From positions 45,951-109,950 of the forward strand of contig DWXN01000005.1 in NCBI GenBank assembly GCA_019119185.1: DNA of 64,000 bases. Reading direction: 5' to 3'. The DNA is from Candidatus Eubacterium faecale. Lineage in GTDB: Bacteria; Bacillota; Clostridia; Oscillospirales; Acutalibacteraceae. The notes beneath the pieces are model-generated. The model was not told the origin of the DNA. It worked only from the letters and a program-made list of their open reading frames with translations, and searched no databases. Positions 46,651-57,639 of this stretch are shown piece by piece (position 1 is the first letter of the stretch; every line of letters begins with the position of its first letter). The translations under genes were made by a program, and so were the position numbers.

Positions 46651-47691
46651 ATGGCAGTTTGTGCAGAACCAAAAAAGAAAAAATTACCGAAAGCGATAAA
46701 GGCAGTACTCGCCGTTCTGTGCGTGATCGCAGTGATCGTTGGCGCAGAACTGATCTCCTACGGCTACCGTTCCGATCCGGAAAAAGTAAAAGAATTTGAA
46801 ACACAAAACCCCTATATTGCCGAAAACGGAATAACGCAGATCAGCGCCCACCGCAGCGGCGGCGGGATCATGCCGGAAGAAACGATGATGGCATTTAAAA
46901 ACTGCGCTGAAAATCCCGATTTTTCGGTGGACTGGTTTGAATTTGACCTGCACATCACAAAAGACGATGTGCTTGTGCTTTTGCACGACGATACATTGGA
47001 CAGGACTTCGGACAGCGAAACCGTTTTTGGTGAGGAAGATGTGCGCCCGGAAGACAAGACCTACGAAGAACTCAGAACACTGAACATGGGCGCGGACTTT
47101 GAAACCGAAGACGGCGAAAAACCCTACGCCGCGCTCAGCGGCGCGCAAGTGCCGGACGATCTGAAGATCGTTCGCGTTGATGATGTGCTGGACTATCTGG
47201 AAAGCGTTGGCGGCGGAAGATATCACTATATCATTGAGATCAAAAACAGCGATGATCTTGGCAAAAGAGCGCTTGATGTGCTGTATGGCATCCTAACCGA
47301 AAAAGGGCTGCTTAGCCGTGTGATCTTCGGCACATTCAACGAGGAAGTTTCGATCCATGCCGATGAAAACTACCCCGATCTGAACCGCAGCGCAACCATC
47401 AAGGAAGTTTTGGAGTTTTATTCCGCAGCCGTTACGAATGACGAAGATTTTGAGCCCGCTTACACGGCGCTTCAGATTCCGTACAGCATGCCGTTTCGGC
47501 TGATCGCGAATCTCGGCACCGCGCAGGTAGTAAACTACGCACACGAACACAACCTTGCCGTGCAATACTGGACGATCAATGACAAAGAAGATTATGATTA
47601 CCTCGGCTCTATTGGTGCGGATTGCATTATGACGGATTATCCCGATGTGATGTCTTCCGGAAGCGAAGAAACGCCGGCGGAAATAGAATAA
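46651..47691 (+). CDS. Glycerophosphodiester phosphodiesterase, membrane-anchored
   Basis: SAHRSG, PEET, EFDLH, LLHD, IEIK, WTIN, IMTDYP; N-terminal TM helix. Confidence 0.9.
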   Translation: MAVCAEPKKKKLPKAIKAVLAVLCVIAVIVGAELISYGYRSDPEKVKEFETQNPYIAENGITQISAHRSGGGIMPEETMMAFKNCAENPDFSVDWFEFDLHITKDDVLVLLHDDTLDRTSDSETVFGEEDVRPEDKTYEELRTLNMGADFETEDGEKPYAALSGAQVPDDLKIVRVDDVLDYLESVGGGRYHYIIEIKNSDDLGKRALDVLYGILTEKGLLSRVIFGTFNEEVSIHADENYPDLNRSATIKEVLEFYSAAVTNDEDFEPAYTALQIPYSMPFRLIANLGTAQVVNYAHEHNLAVQYWTINDKEDYDYLGSIGADCIMTDYPDVMSSGSEETPAEIE

Positions 47692-47830
47692 GATACAGTG
47701 TAACGGTTAATAGAAAAACAAAAAAACGGGGTTTGCCGCTTTTGCGGTGAGCCCCGTTGTGCTTTTATTCGGCCGACGCGGAATAAACCGCGCCGACCTT
47801 AACGGCATTGCTGCCAAAGAGAGGGTAAAT

Positions 47831-49171
47831 TTATTTTTTAAGATATCTGTTTACTTCCCACTGAGAAACCTGGGTTCTGTATTCATCCCACTCGCTCTTT
47901 TTGCCCTCGATATAGGCATTGAAAACGTGGTCGCCAACCGTTTCTTTAACGAACGGATCTTTCTCAGCCTCATAAACAGCCTCAATCAGGCTGCCGGGAA
48001 GGCATTCGATATGTTCTTCCTCTATTTCGTTGGAATTGAGTCCAAATACATTATAATCCACAGGGGCAGGCGGTGTCAAACCTTTTTTTATACCGTCCAG
48101 TCCGGCGGCAAGGCAGAGCGCCATTTCAAGATACGGATTACAGGTTGGATCCGGGCAGCGAAGTTCTACACGGGTTCCTTTTCCGCGTGCCGCAGGAATC
48201 CTTACAAGGCAGGAACGGTTGGATGCGGACCAGGTAAGATAACACGGCGCCTCATAGCCGGGAACAAGCCTTTTATAGGAGTTGACCGTTGGATTAGAGA
48301 AAACCGCGATGCCTTTTACGTGCTCCATAACGCCGGCAATGAACTGATATGCCGTCTTTGAAAGGCCAAGTTCATCAGAGGGATCATCAAACGCGTTGGA
48401 GCCGTCTTTCAGATTGAACAGGCTCATATTGGTGTGCATACCCGAACCGTTTATACCAAAAATCGGTTTCGGCATAAACGTAGCGTGCAGACCGTGCTTT
48501 GTGGCATATGTTTTAACCACGTGCTTAAAGGTCATTACCCTATCCGCCGTTGTCATAACATCATCAAATCTGAAATCAATCTCGTGCTGAGATTCCGCAA
48601 CCTCATGGTGGGAAGCCTCGATCTCATAACCCATATCTTCAAGAGCAAGGCAGATATCACGGCGGCAGTTTTCGCCCGCATCGTTGGGGTTCAGATCAAA
48701 GTAGCCGCCTGCATCCGTAAGTTCTGTGGTGGGGTTTCCGTTTTCATCGCGCTTGAAAAGGAAAAATTCAAGTTCGGGGCCAACATTAAAGCCGAATCCC
48801 ATTTCATTTGCCTCTTCAATTACTTTTTTCAGCACGTTTTTCGGATCGCCCATAAACGGCGTTTTGTTATCCGCCATATAAACCGAGCAGATCAGACGCC
48901 CTGTTGTTTTACCGCCGAAAGTCCTCCACGGAAAGATTGCCCAAGAATCCAAATCCGGATGCAGATACATATCCGATTCATCAATTCTTACAAAGCCGTC
49001 AATGGAAGAGCCGTCAAACATGCACTCGTTATCCAGCGCTTTTTCAAGCTGTGATACCGTTACGGCAACATTTTTCATAAGGCCGAAAACATCGGTAAAC
49101 TGCAGCCTTACAAATTCAACGTTTTTTTCTTTTGCGTCTCTTAAAATGTCCTCTTTGGTAAGCTTGCTCAT
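47831..49171 (-). CDS. glnA: Glutamine synthetase type I
   Basis: FDGSSI, GPELEFF, HHEVA, FMPKP, GSGMHTN, ELRCPD. Confidence 0.96.
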   Translation of the reverse strand: MSKLTKEDILRDAKEKNVEFVRLQFTDVFGLMKNVAVTVSQLEKALDNECMFDGSSIDGFVRIDESDMYLHPDLDSWAIFPWRTFGGKTTGRLICSVYMADNKTPFMGDPKNVLKKVIEEANEMGFGFNVGPELEFFLFKRDENGNPTTELTDAGGYFDLNPNDAGENCRRDICLALEDMGYEIEASHHEVAESQHEIDFRFDDVMTTADRVMTFKHVVKTYATKHGLHATFMPKPIFGINGSGMHTNMSLFNLKDGSNAFDDPSDELGLSKTAYQFIAGVMEHVKGIAVFSNPTVNSYKRLVPGYEAPCYLTWSASNRSCLVRIPAARGKGTRVELRCPDPTCNPYLEMALCLAAGLDGIKKGLTPPAPVDYNVFGLNSNEIEEEHIECLPGSLIEAVYEAEKDPFVKETVGDHVFNAYIEGKKSEWDEYRTQVSQWEVNRYLKK

Positions 49172-49191
49172 AAACATATACTCCTTTAAAA

Positions 49192-49277
49192 AATATAAAA
49201 AGGCATTCCGAAAAAACTCCGGAACGCCTTTGTTCTGAATACAATATCATTATATTTTTCTGCTGCCGAAAAGTCAA
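49192..49277 (-). promoter_or_regulatory. glnA promoter and leader attenuator
   Basis: TTGACT-17-TATAAT at 49249-49277; leader terminator at 49197-49231; hairpin AAC-AAAGGC-GTT overlaps its 5' arm. Confidence 0.7.
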
Positions 49278-49351
49278 CTGTTTTTCTGAATTTTGTTTGG
49301 ATTGTAATTTTTACACAATAATATATCTGTTCATTTGTGCACTTTTTACAG

Positions 49352-50545
49352 TCAGCCCAGATTCAAAAATTCCTCGCTTACGATATCCGTTGCATATTCG
49401 GTAAAATACTCCGGTGTGGCGCCGCTCTGCGCGTGGGATTCGCCGAGCGCATCCGTATAATCGGAAAGTTTGTAAACCGAAAACTCGTAATTGCCGCCTG
49501 ATGAGCTGTACCAGCACACTACCGGAGTAAGTTTAGCGGAAGTGATGGAAACTTCATCATTGCGTTTTTCTATCTTGATCTCCGCCATACCGCCGCAAAG
49601 CTGGTTCAGACTGGTCTGGTGAGAGATGAAATTGCCCAGTGAATAATAAACAAGCATTTTTTTGCCCGTTGTTTCATTTTGCACCCACTCCACAGGCTGC
49701 AACACATGCGGATGCGTGCCGATCACAATATCCACGCCAAGATCCGAAAACAACTGCACATATTCACGCTGGTAATCAGAAACAGATGTGTTGTTTTCCG
49801 TGCCCCAGTGCGGGAAAACGATCACCACATCGGCATTCTGCCTTGCCGTATTCACATCGGAAGTGATCTTATCCTTATCCATCATATTTACGCACCACGG
49901 GCTGCTTTCCGGGATAGGGATCCCGTTCGTGCCGTAGGTATAATTCAGAATTGCAAAACGGATGCCGTTTTTTTCATAATAAACAATGGAATTATAATCT
50001 TCCTCGCTGTCATTCGTGCCGACGTGCACCACTTCCGGGTGCTGATCAAAAAACGCGCATTCCTGCTCTATGCCGGCATAGCCCTTATCCAGCGCATGAT
50101 TGGTGGCGCAGGTAAAGATATCAAACCCGGCGTCTATTGCCGCCGTGCCAACCTCCCACGGAGAGTTAAACGTGGGATAGCCGGTATACTCAAACTCACT
50201 GCCGCCCAAAATGGTTTCCTGATTGATCACGGCAACATCGGCGGAGGAGATGTCATTTTTAATATGCTCGTAAAACGACGTGTAATTGAGAGTTCCGTCC
50301 TCCTGCTCGCCAGCGGAGATCAGTGTATTATGGATCAGATTATCCCCAACGGCAACAAGGGAAACACTGGAAACGGCATTCGTGGTTGCCTGGGTTGTTA
50401 CCTGGGTTGTGGTCTGCGCGGTGGGCATTTCACTATCCATATTTTTTGTAATATGCCCGCTTACGGCAAAGCCGCATATCACCAGCACGGCAAGCACAAC
50501 GGGAACAATCACGCCCGCGATTTTCTTTTTATTTGCATTTTCCAT
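49352..50545 (-). CDS. CapA-family (PGA_cap) metallophosphoesterase-like protein
   Basis: VGDNLIH, INQET, ATNHALD, HWGTE, GTHPHV, YSLGNF; N-terminal TM helix. Confidence 0.88.
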   Translation of the reverse strand: MENANKKKIAGVIVPVVLAVLVICGFAVSGHITKNMDSEMPTAQTTTQVTTQATTNAVSSVSLVAVGDNLIHNTLISAGEQEDGTLNYTSFYEHIKNDISSADVAVINQETILGGSEFEYTGYPTFNSPWEVGTAAIDAGFDIFTCATNHALDKGYAGIEQECAFFDQHPEVVHVGTNDSEEDYNSIVYYEKNGIRFAILNYTYGTNGIPIPESSPWCVNMMDKDKITSDVNTARQNADVVIVFPHWGTENNTSVSDYQREYVQLFSDLGVDIVIGTHPHVLQPVEWVQNETTGKKMLVYYSLGNFISHQTSLNQLCGGMAEIKIEKRNDEVSITSAKLTPVVCWYSSSGGNYEFSVYKLSDYTDALGESHAQSGATPEYFTEYATDIVSEEFLNLG

Positions 50546-50666
50546 ATCAGCACATCTTTCAGATCTAATTTTTTCTATTTTAACATATATACGCTTCCTT
50601 GGCAAGCGCGCAAAAAAACTGCCCGCTGAAAGCGGGCAGGGTGTTACCTGTTTTTATAAGTAAAAA

Positions 50667-51107
50667 TTAAAGATCCACTTTTCCGGTCTCGCCGTTTGCA
50701 AGCACATAATAAGCGGCATGGTCTTCTGCTTTTACATAAACCTTAACGCCTTTTACATCTGCGCTTTTAACGCCGTTAGCCTTGCACGCGGCCTCAACTG
50801 CCTTGGTTGCGTCCGCGGCGCTGATCTGCCTGCCGGCAAATTCAAAATAAACTTCGCTTTCCGCTTTAACCGTTTTCTTAGCGGGCTTTTTCGCTGGCGC
50901 TTTCTTTACGGCTTTTTCTTCTTTAGCCGCCTTTGCAGGTTTCTTTTCTTCTTTCTTTTCAGCAGGCTTTTCCGCTTTAACTTCCGCTTTCTTGCTTTCC
51001 GCCTTTACTTCTGCGGGCTTTTCTTCCTTTACAGCCTTAACCGGAGCAGCCGTCTCTTTTTTTACGCTTTTTTCAACAGATTTAACATCATTTTTCTTTG
51101 CAGCCAT
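50667..51107 (-). CDS. Lys/Ala-rich protein with DUF6465-like C-domain
   Basis: PAKK-type repeats then YVKAEDHAAYYV; domain name recalled, not searched. Confidence 0.65.
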   Translation of the reverse strand: MAAKKNDVKSVEKSVKKETAAPVKAVKEEKPAEVKAESKKAEVKAEKPAEKKEEKKPAKAAKEEKAVKKAPAKKPAKKTVKAESEVYFEFAGRQISAADATKAVEAACKANGVKSADVKGVKVYVKAEDHAAYYVLANGETGKVDL

Positions 51108-51279
51108 AACTAAAATCCTTTCCAAATAATAATACAGATGGGTAAAGTAAATCGCTTTACAGTGTTATATTAGTATTTTTGCATAAAAAAGTCAATGATT
51201 TTTAGGTATAATCTACAATTCGCCGCTATAATTTACAATGTTAAAGCGTGTTTTTGGGCAGTTTGCATAAAATATTATG

Positions 51280-52107
51280 TCAAAATTTGTTTAACATTTT
51301 TGCAACACCATCCTGTTCATTGGTGTCTGCAACCACATTCGCCTGCGATTTAAACTCCTCTGCCGCGTTGCCCATAGCAATGAAAACGCCTGCCGCCTTA
51401 ACCAAGGAAAGATCATTTGCATTATCGCCGAATGCGGCTGTGTGTTTCCGGTCTATACCCAGCAATGCACAAAGGTGCAGAAACGCGGTGCCCTTTTCCG
51501 CCCCGCGGCGTGTGATCTCCAAAAACGTATCTTCAAGCCGGCACAGCTGGATCTCCCTGTCTGCTGCGAACTTTTCGGCAAGGCGATCCCTCTCCTCCCT
51601 GCGCTTGCAGGAAATGAAGATCTCGTCCGCACATTTTTCTTCGTCTGAAAACAGCTGCAAAGGATCTTCCGCGATTTTTCTTGAAGAATGGATATAATCG
51701 CCGACCGGAGTGTTTTTATACTTGTGATCATACCTTTCCATCAGTTCCGGTTTCAGAAAGCCGAAACCGTCCGCAAAGGCCTCAAACAGCACGCCGTTTT
51801 TCTCCAGCGTTTTCATAAGCAGCACGGTTTTTTCATGCCCTATCGGCGCGCTGTAAACGCGCTTTCCCGTTTTCAGATCGGTGATTGCCGCACCGTTGGT
51901 TGTGATTGCGTAATCACAGACCCCAAGTTCCGTTACGCATTTCGGGATTCCGGAAAGCGGTCTGCCGGTAACGGGCACAAGCTGTATACCCCGTGTGCGG
52001 GCAGATCTCATGGCAGCAGCGGTAAAAGCGCTGATTGTTTTATCGTTTTTCAGCAAAGTGCCGTCCAGGTCAAGGCCTGCCAACAGAATTTTATTTTCAA
52101 AAGCCAT
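51280..52107 (-). CDS. Cof-type HAD hydrolase
   Basis: DLDGT, TGR, KG..FGDNAND, MGNA. Confidence 0.92.
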   Translation of the reverse strand: MAFENKILLAGLDLDGTLLKNDKTISAFTAAAMRSARTRGIQLVPVTGRPLSGIPKCVTELGVCDYAITTNGAAITDLKTGKRVYSAPIGHEKTVLLMKTLEKNGVLFEAFADGFGFLKPELMERYDHKYKNTPVGDYIHSSRKIAEDPLQLFSDEEKCADEIFISCKRREERDRLAEKFAADREIQLCRLEDTFLEITRRGAEKGTAFLHLCALLGIDRKHTAAFGDNANDLSLVKAAGVFIAMGNAAEEFKSQANVVADTNEQDGVAKMLNKF

Positions 52108-52108
52108 C

Positions 52109-53254
52109 TTATATGCCGCTTTCTTTTTTAAATATTTTTTGATCTAATACGTTTCTTGCTTTTTGTTCGATCCATTCAGTGAATGGATCTACCTTAAGCC
52201 ATTTAAACAGCGTCATACGCAGCCACTCAATCAAAGAGCAGGCAAGATAGATTGCAAGCGCCGTTGCGGTCACGGCAAGCACCAGCACGGGGGCGGACAT
52301 GGAGGAGAAGAACCCAAACGCCCCTTTCAGCACGTGATCCCATATATATTCGCTGGTATGAATAATATAAACGCCGAATGTAAGCGGCGCGAGCGCGCGT
52401 ATGATGTTTACCGGCGCTTGCCGTTTGATCTTCGTTTTTGCACCGGCAAGCAGCAGACACACGGAAGCCAAAAGTATATTAAAAGCGTAATAAGACAGCA
52501 AATTATTTCCGATTACAGGCCAATCTAATTCTTCAGCCGCCGTCATAAACACCATCCCGGCAAGGGTCAAAATAAAATATAACGCAACCATCAAACGTTT
52601 ATTGACCCGCTTATACAGCCCGAGTTTACGAACGCATCCGCCCAGCAAATACAGCAAAGACAGCCATAAAAACGAATAGCCGTTGTTCAGTTTCATAATA
52701 TCCGTCTGCCAAACCGTTGGCCAAAGAGAAGCAAATATAAAAATAATGCCAAACAGATATTTCATTTGCCTTTCATGCAGGGACTGAAGCAGTTTGTTGA
52801 ACACCGGGGTAAAGAAAAACATAATGAAATATGCAGTAAAATACCAGTATCTGTTTGTAGAAACCGGCGCAAGGCGGTTGATCAGTTCTGCAAAATCAAA
52901 CGTATCGGTTTTTGTGCAATACAGAATAACCGTAGAAATAATGCAGTAAAACTCCACCTGGATCCACATGGACAGAATCTTATAAAAGCGAGCGGATCCG
53001 GAGGAAACGCCCACAAAGCCGCTGATCAAGGCGTAAATATTTACTGCGCATAATGAAAGCGATTCCAAAGTCCACGCCGTAAAATATTTCACCGTGCCCG
53101 TATCCAGCACCTCAAGAATACCGCCCTGCCGAAGCACATGCAGCGTTACGATCATGATCATGGAAAGAATGCGCAGCAGATCTATGCCGTAATTTCTGCC
53201 ATGTTCATGCAAAGAAACACTGCGGTTTTCAAGACAGACTGATTCTGTAGTCAT
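52109..53254 (-). CDS. Acyltransferase family 3 (OafA-like) membrane protein
   Basis: RNYGIDLLRILSM..H, AVNIYALISGF, YWYFTAY. Confidence 0.88.
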   Translation of the reverse strand: MTTESVCLENRSVSLHEHGRNYGIDLLRILSMIMIVTLHVLRQGGILEVLDTGTVKYFTAWTLESLSLCAVNIYALISGFVGVSSGSARFYKILSMWIQVEFYCIISTVILYCTKTDTFDFAELINRLAPVSTNRYWYFTAYFIMFFFTPVFNKLLQSLHERQMKYLFGIIFIFASLWPTVWQTDIMKLNNGYSFLWLSLLYLLGGCVRKLGLYKRVNKRLMVALYFILTLAGMVFMTAAEELDWPVIGNNLLSYYAFNILLASVCLLLAGAKTKIKRQAPVNIIRALAPLTFGVYIIHTSEYIWDHVLKGAFGFFSSMSAPVLVLAVTATALAIYLACSLIEWLRMTLFKWLKVDPFTEWIEQKARNVLDQKIFKKESGI

Positions 53255-53297
53255 ACCCTCGTCTCCCCTTGTCGCTCTCCGAAATCAGTCTCTTATA

Positions 53298-54455
53298 TCA
53301 GTCTGCCAAAAGTTCGTCTGCAAGCGTTTCGAGCGCTGCTGTATCGCTGTCTTTCAGCGCGGATTTGATCGTTACGGTGCTTTCGCAAACGGAGATATTT
53401 TTCATGCCCTCCAGGGATGCTTTCATCACTCTGCCGGCACAGGGCGCCCAGGAGCCGTTTTCAAGGATTCCGGCTTTTCTGTTTTGAAACGCCTTGGCTT
53501 TCAGATGGCAGAGCAGTGTTTCCATAGGCGGGAACACACCGCCGTCATAACTGGATGCAGCCAGCACGATTCTGGAATATTTAAACGCGTCTTCAACCGC
53601 TTCCGCCATATCGTCCCTTGTAATATCAGAAAACGCAACCTTAACGCCTTTGGATTCAAGGATCTCCTTGAGTTTCAAAGCGGCGTTCTTTGTGTTGCCG
53701 TAAATAGACGCACAGGCAATGAATACGCCGTCCGTTTCCGGCGCATAGGAGGACCATGTGTTGTAAAGACCAATATAATAATCCAGATCTTCCGTAAGCA
53801 CAGGGCCGTGCAGCGGGCAGATCGTTTTGATATCCAGCTTAGCCGCTTTTTTCAAAAGGGTCTGCACCGGCCCGCCGTATTTGCCCACGATGTTAAAATA
53901 GTAACGCCTTGCCTCGCACGCCCAGTCCTCTTCCGTATCCAGAGCGCCGAATTTGCCGAATGCGTCTGCGGAAAAAAGGATCTGCTCGCTCTTTTCATAT
54001 TCCACCATAACCTCCGGCCAATGCACCATGGGCGCCATAATAAAAGTGAGTTCATGGCTGCCGAGGGAAAGCGTATCGCCCTCCTTAACGGCGATCTTTT
54101 CCACAGCGTCATCTACAGCAAAAAACTGCGGCAGCATGGCAAAGGTCTTGGCGCTGCCGACGAGCGCCGCCGAAGGATATTTTTTTGTAAAAGACAAAAT
54201 ATTCGCTGCGTGATCCGGCTCAAGATGAGAGATCACAAGATAATCCGGCGTTCTGCCGCCAAGCTCCCTTTCCAGATTGGTATACCATTCATCCGTTTTA
54301 TGAACGTCAATCGTATCCATGACCGCAATCTTTTCATCCAAAATAACATAGGAGTTATAGGAAATACCGTTCGGAACCGCATACTGGCTCTCAAACAGAT
54401 CGATTTCCTTATCATCCGCGCCGATATATTTTACAGAATCTGAAAATTTTTTCAT
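53298..54455 (-). CDS. fprA: FprA-type flavodiiron protein
   Basis: SHLEPDH, HWPE, FSADAFG, CPLHGP, flavodoxin domain ASIYGNT. Confidence 0.92.
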   Translation of the reverse strand: MKKFSDSVKYIGADDKEIDLFESQYAVPNGISYNSYVILDEKIAVMDTIDVHKTDEWYTNLERELGGRTPDYLVISHLEPDHAANILSFTKKYPSAALVGSAKTFAMLPQFFAVDDAVEKIAVKEGDTLSLGSHELTFIMAPMVHWPEVMVEYEKSEQILFSADAFGKFGALDTEEDWACEARRYYFNIVGKYGGPVQTLLKKAAKLDIKTICPLHGPVLTEDLDYYIGLYNTWSSYAPETDGVFIACASIYGNTKNAALKLKEILESKGVKVAFSDITRDDMAEAVEDAFKYSRIVLAASSYDGGVFPPMETLLCHLKAKAFQNRKAGILENGSWAPCAGRVMKASLEGMKNISVCESTVTIKSALKDSDTAALETLADELLAD

Positions 54456-54670
54456 AATTTCCTCCTTGTATTTATCTCCATAAAATTTACAGATATATAA
54501 TAATATATTGTTTATAAAATCTCAACACAAAATTTTAAAAGTTCGCAAAACCGCTTGATTTTTTATGCTTTTTTGCGCAGCATGCCTTTTTTTCGCCGCG
54601 TTTTATTGACATTGCTTACTAATGGTAGTAAAATTATTACAATAAAAATTAAAGGAAAGAAGTCTTTTTT

Positions 54671-55705
54671 ATGGAAAAGAAAAATCTTGACTGGTCCAAT
54701 CTTGGCTTCGGCTATATGCCGACCGATGCAAGATACGTATCAAATTTTAAGGACGGCAAATGGGATGACGGCACCCTGACTTCCGATCCGAATATCACAA
54801 TGAATGAATGCGCGGGCGTACTTCAATATTCCCAGTCCGTATTTGAGGGCCTTAAGGCATATACAACGGCAGACGGCAGAACGGTATGTTTCCGCCCTGA
54901 TCTTAACGCCGCTCGTATGAAAGCTTCCGCGGAAAGACTTGAGATGCCTGTGTTCCCGGAAGAGAAATTTGTTGACGCAGTTGATCAGGTTGTTAAGGCA
55001 AACTATGCGTGGGTACCGCCTTACGGTTCCGGCGCAACGCTTTACATCCGCCCGTATATGTTCGGCTCTAACCCCGTTATCGGTGTAAAACCTGCGGACG
55101 AATATCAGTTCAGAATGTTCTGCACACCGGTTGGCCCCTATTTCAAGGGCGGCGCAAAGCCGATCACCATCCGCGTTTCGGATTATGACAGAGCCGCTCC
55201 GCACGGCACAGGCCATATCAAAGCCGGCCTGAACTACGCCATGAGCCTGCACGCCATTGTGGAGGCGCATAAAGAGGGCTATGACGAAAATCTGTACCTT
55301 GACCCGGCAACCAGAACTTATGTTGAGGAAACCGGCGGCGCAAACTTCCTGTTCGTAACCAAAGACGGCACCGTTGTTACACCCAAATCCGGATCGATTC
55401 TGCCGTCTATCACAAGGCGCTCTCTCTGCTACGTTGCAGAACATATGCTTGGCATGAAAGTGGAGCACAGGCAGGTTACCCTTGAAGAAGTGAAAGACTT
55501 TGCGGAATGCGGTCTCTGCGGCACGGCGGCAGTAATCAGCCCGGTTGGCAAGATCGTTGACCACGGCAAGGAGATCTGTTTCCCGAGCGGAATGGAAAAA
55601 ATGGGCCCCGTTATCCAGAAACTTTACGATACACTTACCGGGATCCAAATGGGCACGATCGAAGGCCCCGAAGGCTGGGTTCACGAGATCAAAATGGACG
55701 AATAA
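54671..55705 (+). CDS. ilvE: Branched-chain amino acid aminotransferase
   Basis: LQYSQSVFEGLKAY, LYIRPY, KAGLNY, ILPSITR; promoter TTGACA-17-TAAAAT at 54606-54634. Confidence 0.95.
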   Translation: MEKKNLDWSNLGFGYMPTDARYVSNFKDGKWDDGTLTSDPNITMNECAGVLQYSQSVFEGLKAYTTADGRTVCFRPDLNAARMKASAERLEMPVFPEEKFVDAVDQVVKANYAWVPPYGSGATLYIRPYMFGSNPVIGVKPADEYQFRMFCTPVGPYFKGGAKPITIRVSDYDRAAPHGTGHIKAGLNYAMSLHAIVEAHKEGYDENLYLDPATRTYVEETGGANFLFVTKDGTVVTPKSGSILPSITRRSLCYVAEHMLGMKVEHRQVTLEEVKDFAECGLCGTAAVISPVGKIVDHGKEICFPSGMEKMGPVIQKLYDTLTGIQMGTIEGPEGWVHEIKMDE

Positions 55706-55730
55706 TCCATCGCCCCTCAACAAAGGATTT

Positions 55731-55761
55731 AAGCGGTCTGAACAAATTGTTCAGACCGCTT
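55731..55761. terminator. Bidirectional terminator between ilvE and the S4 gene
   Basis: aagcggtctgaac-aaatt-gttcagaccgctt. Confidence 0.75.
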
Positions 55762-55785
55762 TTATTTAAACCGGAATCGCCGGGA

Positions 55786-56514
55786 TTATTGATACACAAA
55801 AAGCTGCACAATGAGGCGGCCTTTTTTCGTTTTGCCAAGGGTTTCGCCGTATTTGAATCTACCTTTGCCGCGCACGGAGATCACATCCCCCTCTTTCGGG
55901 ATAAACGAAAAATTCTCGCAAAGCGCGGAATTAACAAATATTTTTCTTTGGTTAAACAGTTCTTTTACCGCATTTCTGGAAAGATGATAAACCGCCGCAG
56001 TAAGGACGTCTATACGCAGCGATGCAACGATCTCCTCCTGTTCCTGCGGCTCGCTCTGCATTCCCTCTGGCAATGCGCTGACTGCGTTGCATTTTACACT
56101 TGTGTGCTTAACCCTTGTAAGATCGTTCGCGATAAAATCAGCAACGGTATCAAGGCATATCAGATACCCGGTATTGTCTTTTATGATGATATCGCCCAGC
56201 GTTTCTCGCTTTATGCCGAGGTTCATAAGCGAGCCTAAGAAATCACGGTGTGTCAGTTTATCCGCAAATTTCTTTGCCACGGGCTCGATCTTTATATAAG
56301 AAATAGGGAAATCAGCGTTTTCGCAATCCTCGCCGAAAGCAGCAACGCAGCGCTCCGCGCCCTCATACCCGCCGAATAATTTAAACGGCGATTCAAGGCG
56401 CAGAGAAAGCAGTTCGCTCTGCTCTTCCATAGTAAGAAAATCTGAAAAGGCGGTATAATACCGCTGTGCGGCACGCGAAGATAATTCCTCAAATCTTTTT
56501 TGCATAAAATTCAT
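55786..56514 (-). CDS. ylmH: YlmH/Sll1252-family S4 RNA-binding protein
   Basis: FGGYEGAER, THRDFLGSLM, SLRID, ISVRGKGR. Confidence 0.85.
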   Translation of the reverse strand: MNFMQKRFEELSSRAAQRYYTAFSDFLTMEEQSELLSLRLESPFKLFGGYEGAERCVAAFGEDCENADFPISYIKIEPVAKKFADKLTHRDFLGSLMNLGIKRETLGDIIIKDNTGYLICLDTVADFIANDLTRVKHTSVKCNAVSALPEGMQSEPQEQEEIVASLRIDVLTAAVYHLSRNAVKELFNQRKIFVNSALCENFSFIPKEGDVISVRGKGRFKYGETLGKTKKGRLIVQLFVYQ

Positions 56515-56576
56515 AAAACTACCTGAAAACTCAAAACGGTCCGAGCAATGCCCGGACCGCTGAAAAATATACAATG

Positions 56577-57626
56577 TTACGCGTTTTTGCGCGCTTTAAC
56601 AGCCTCTGTAATCAAAGGAACGATCTTGTTGAGATCGCCTACGATGCCGTAATCGGCAACATCAAAGATTGGGGCGGATTCATCCTTGTTGATCGCAATG
56701 ATGATATCGGATTCCTCCATGCCGGCCGTGTGCTGAATAGCGCCGCTGATGCCGATTGCGAAATAAACATTCGGGCGAACGGTTTTGCCGGTCTGGCCAA
56801 CCTGAAGGTCTTTTGGCATCCAGCCGTTATCCACAACGGCTCTGGAGCAGGAAACCGTGCCGCCGAGCGCATCCGCAAGATCCTGAAGAATCTTGAAATT
56901 CTCTTTGCTGCCAACGCCTCTGCCGCCGGAAACCAGGATCTTTGCCTGCTGGATATCTGCAACTTCCGCAACTTCCTTCACAATATCAAGGATCTCTACA
57001 TAGCAGTTGTTTTCCTTGAGTTCGGGATTGAATTCAACCACTTCCGCCTTTGCGCCCTTTACGGGATCAATCTTCTGCATAACACCGGGGCGAACGGTTG
57101 CCATCTGCGGGCGGTTGTCCGGGCAGGCGATTGTTGCGATCGTATTGCCGCCGAAAGCAGGGCGGGTCATAAGAAGCTGGTTGTGTTTCTGCTCTTTACC
57201 GGGAAGCGGATTGAGCGGGAAATCACCGATCTCAAGCTTTGTGCAGTCCGCAGTTAAGCCTGTGCCCACTCTTGCAGAAACGCGGGGGCCGAGGTCACGG
57301 CCGATCGCCGTTGCGCCCACAAGCATGATCTCCGGCTTATATTCGTTGATCACAGCGGTGAGCGCCTGCGCATAAGGCTCCGTTCTGTAAACTTCCAGAA
57401 CGGGATCGTCAACAACGATAACTCTGTCCGCGCCGTATTCGGCAAGCTGATCTGCAAGGCCTTTTATCTTGCTGCCGAGCAGAACGGCGGTAACATCCGT
57501 ATCCAGATCTGCCGCAAGATCCTTTGCCTTTCCAAGAAGTTCAAAAGCGATCGGGCTGATCTCGCCGTCTACCTGCTGCGCATAAATGAAAACGCCCTTA
57601 TACTGTTCCATATTTTCTGTAACCAT
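56577..57626 (-). CDS. etfA: Electron transfer flavoprotein alpha subunit
   Basis: GLTADC, TRPAFGG, QVGQTGK, GISGAIQH. Confidence 0.96.
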   Translation of the reverse strand: MVTENMEQYKGVFIYAQQVDGEISPIAFELLGKAKDLAADLDTDVTAVLLGSKIKGLADQLAEYGADRVIVVDDPVLEVYRTEPYAQALTAVINEYKPEIMLVGATAIGRDLGPRVSARVGTGLTADCTKLEIGDFPLNPLPGKEQKHNQLLMTRPAFGGNTIATIACPDNRPQMATVRPGVMQKIDPVKGAKAEVVEFNPELKENNCYVEILDIVKEVAEVADIQQAKILVSGGRGVGSKENFKILQDLADALGGTVSCSRAVVDNGWMPKDLQVGQTGKTVRPNVYFAIGISGAIQHTAGMEESDIIIAINKDESAPIFDVADYGIVGDLNKIVPLITEAVKARKNA

Positions 57627-57639
57627 GATGCAGCCCTCC

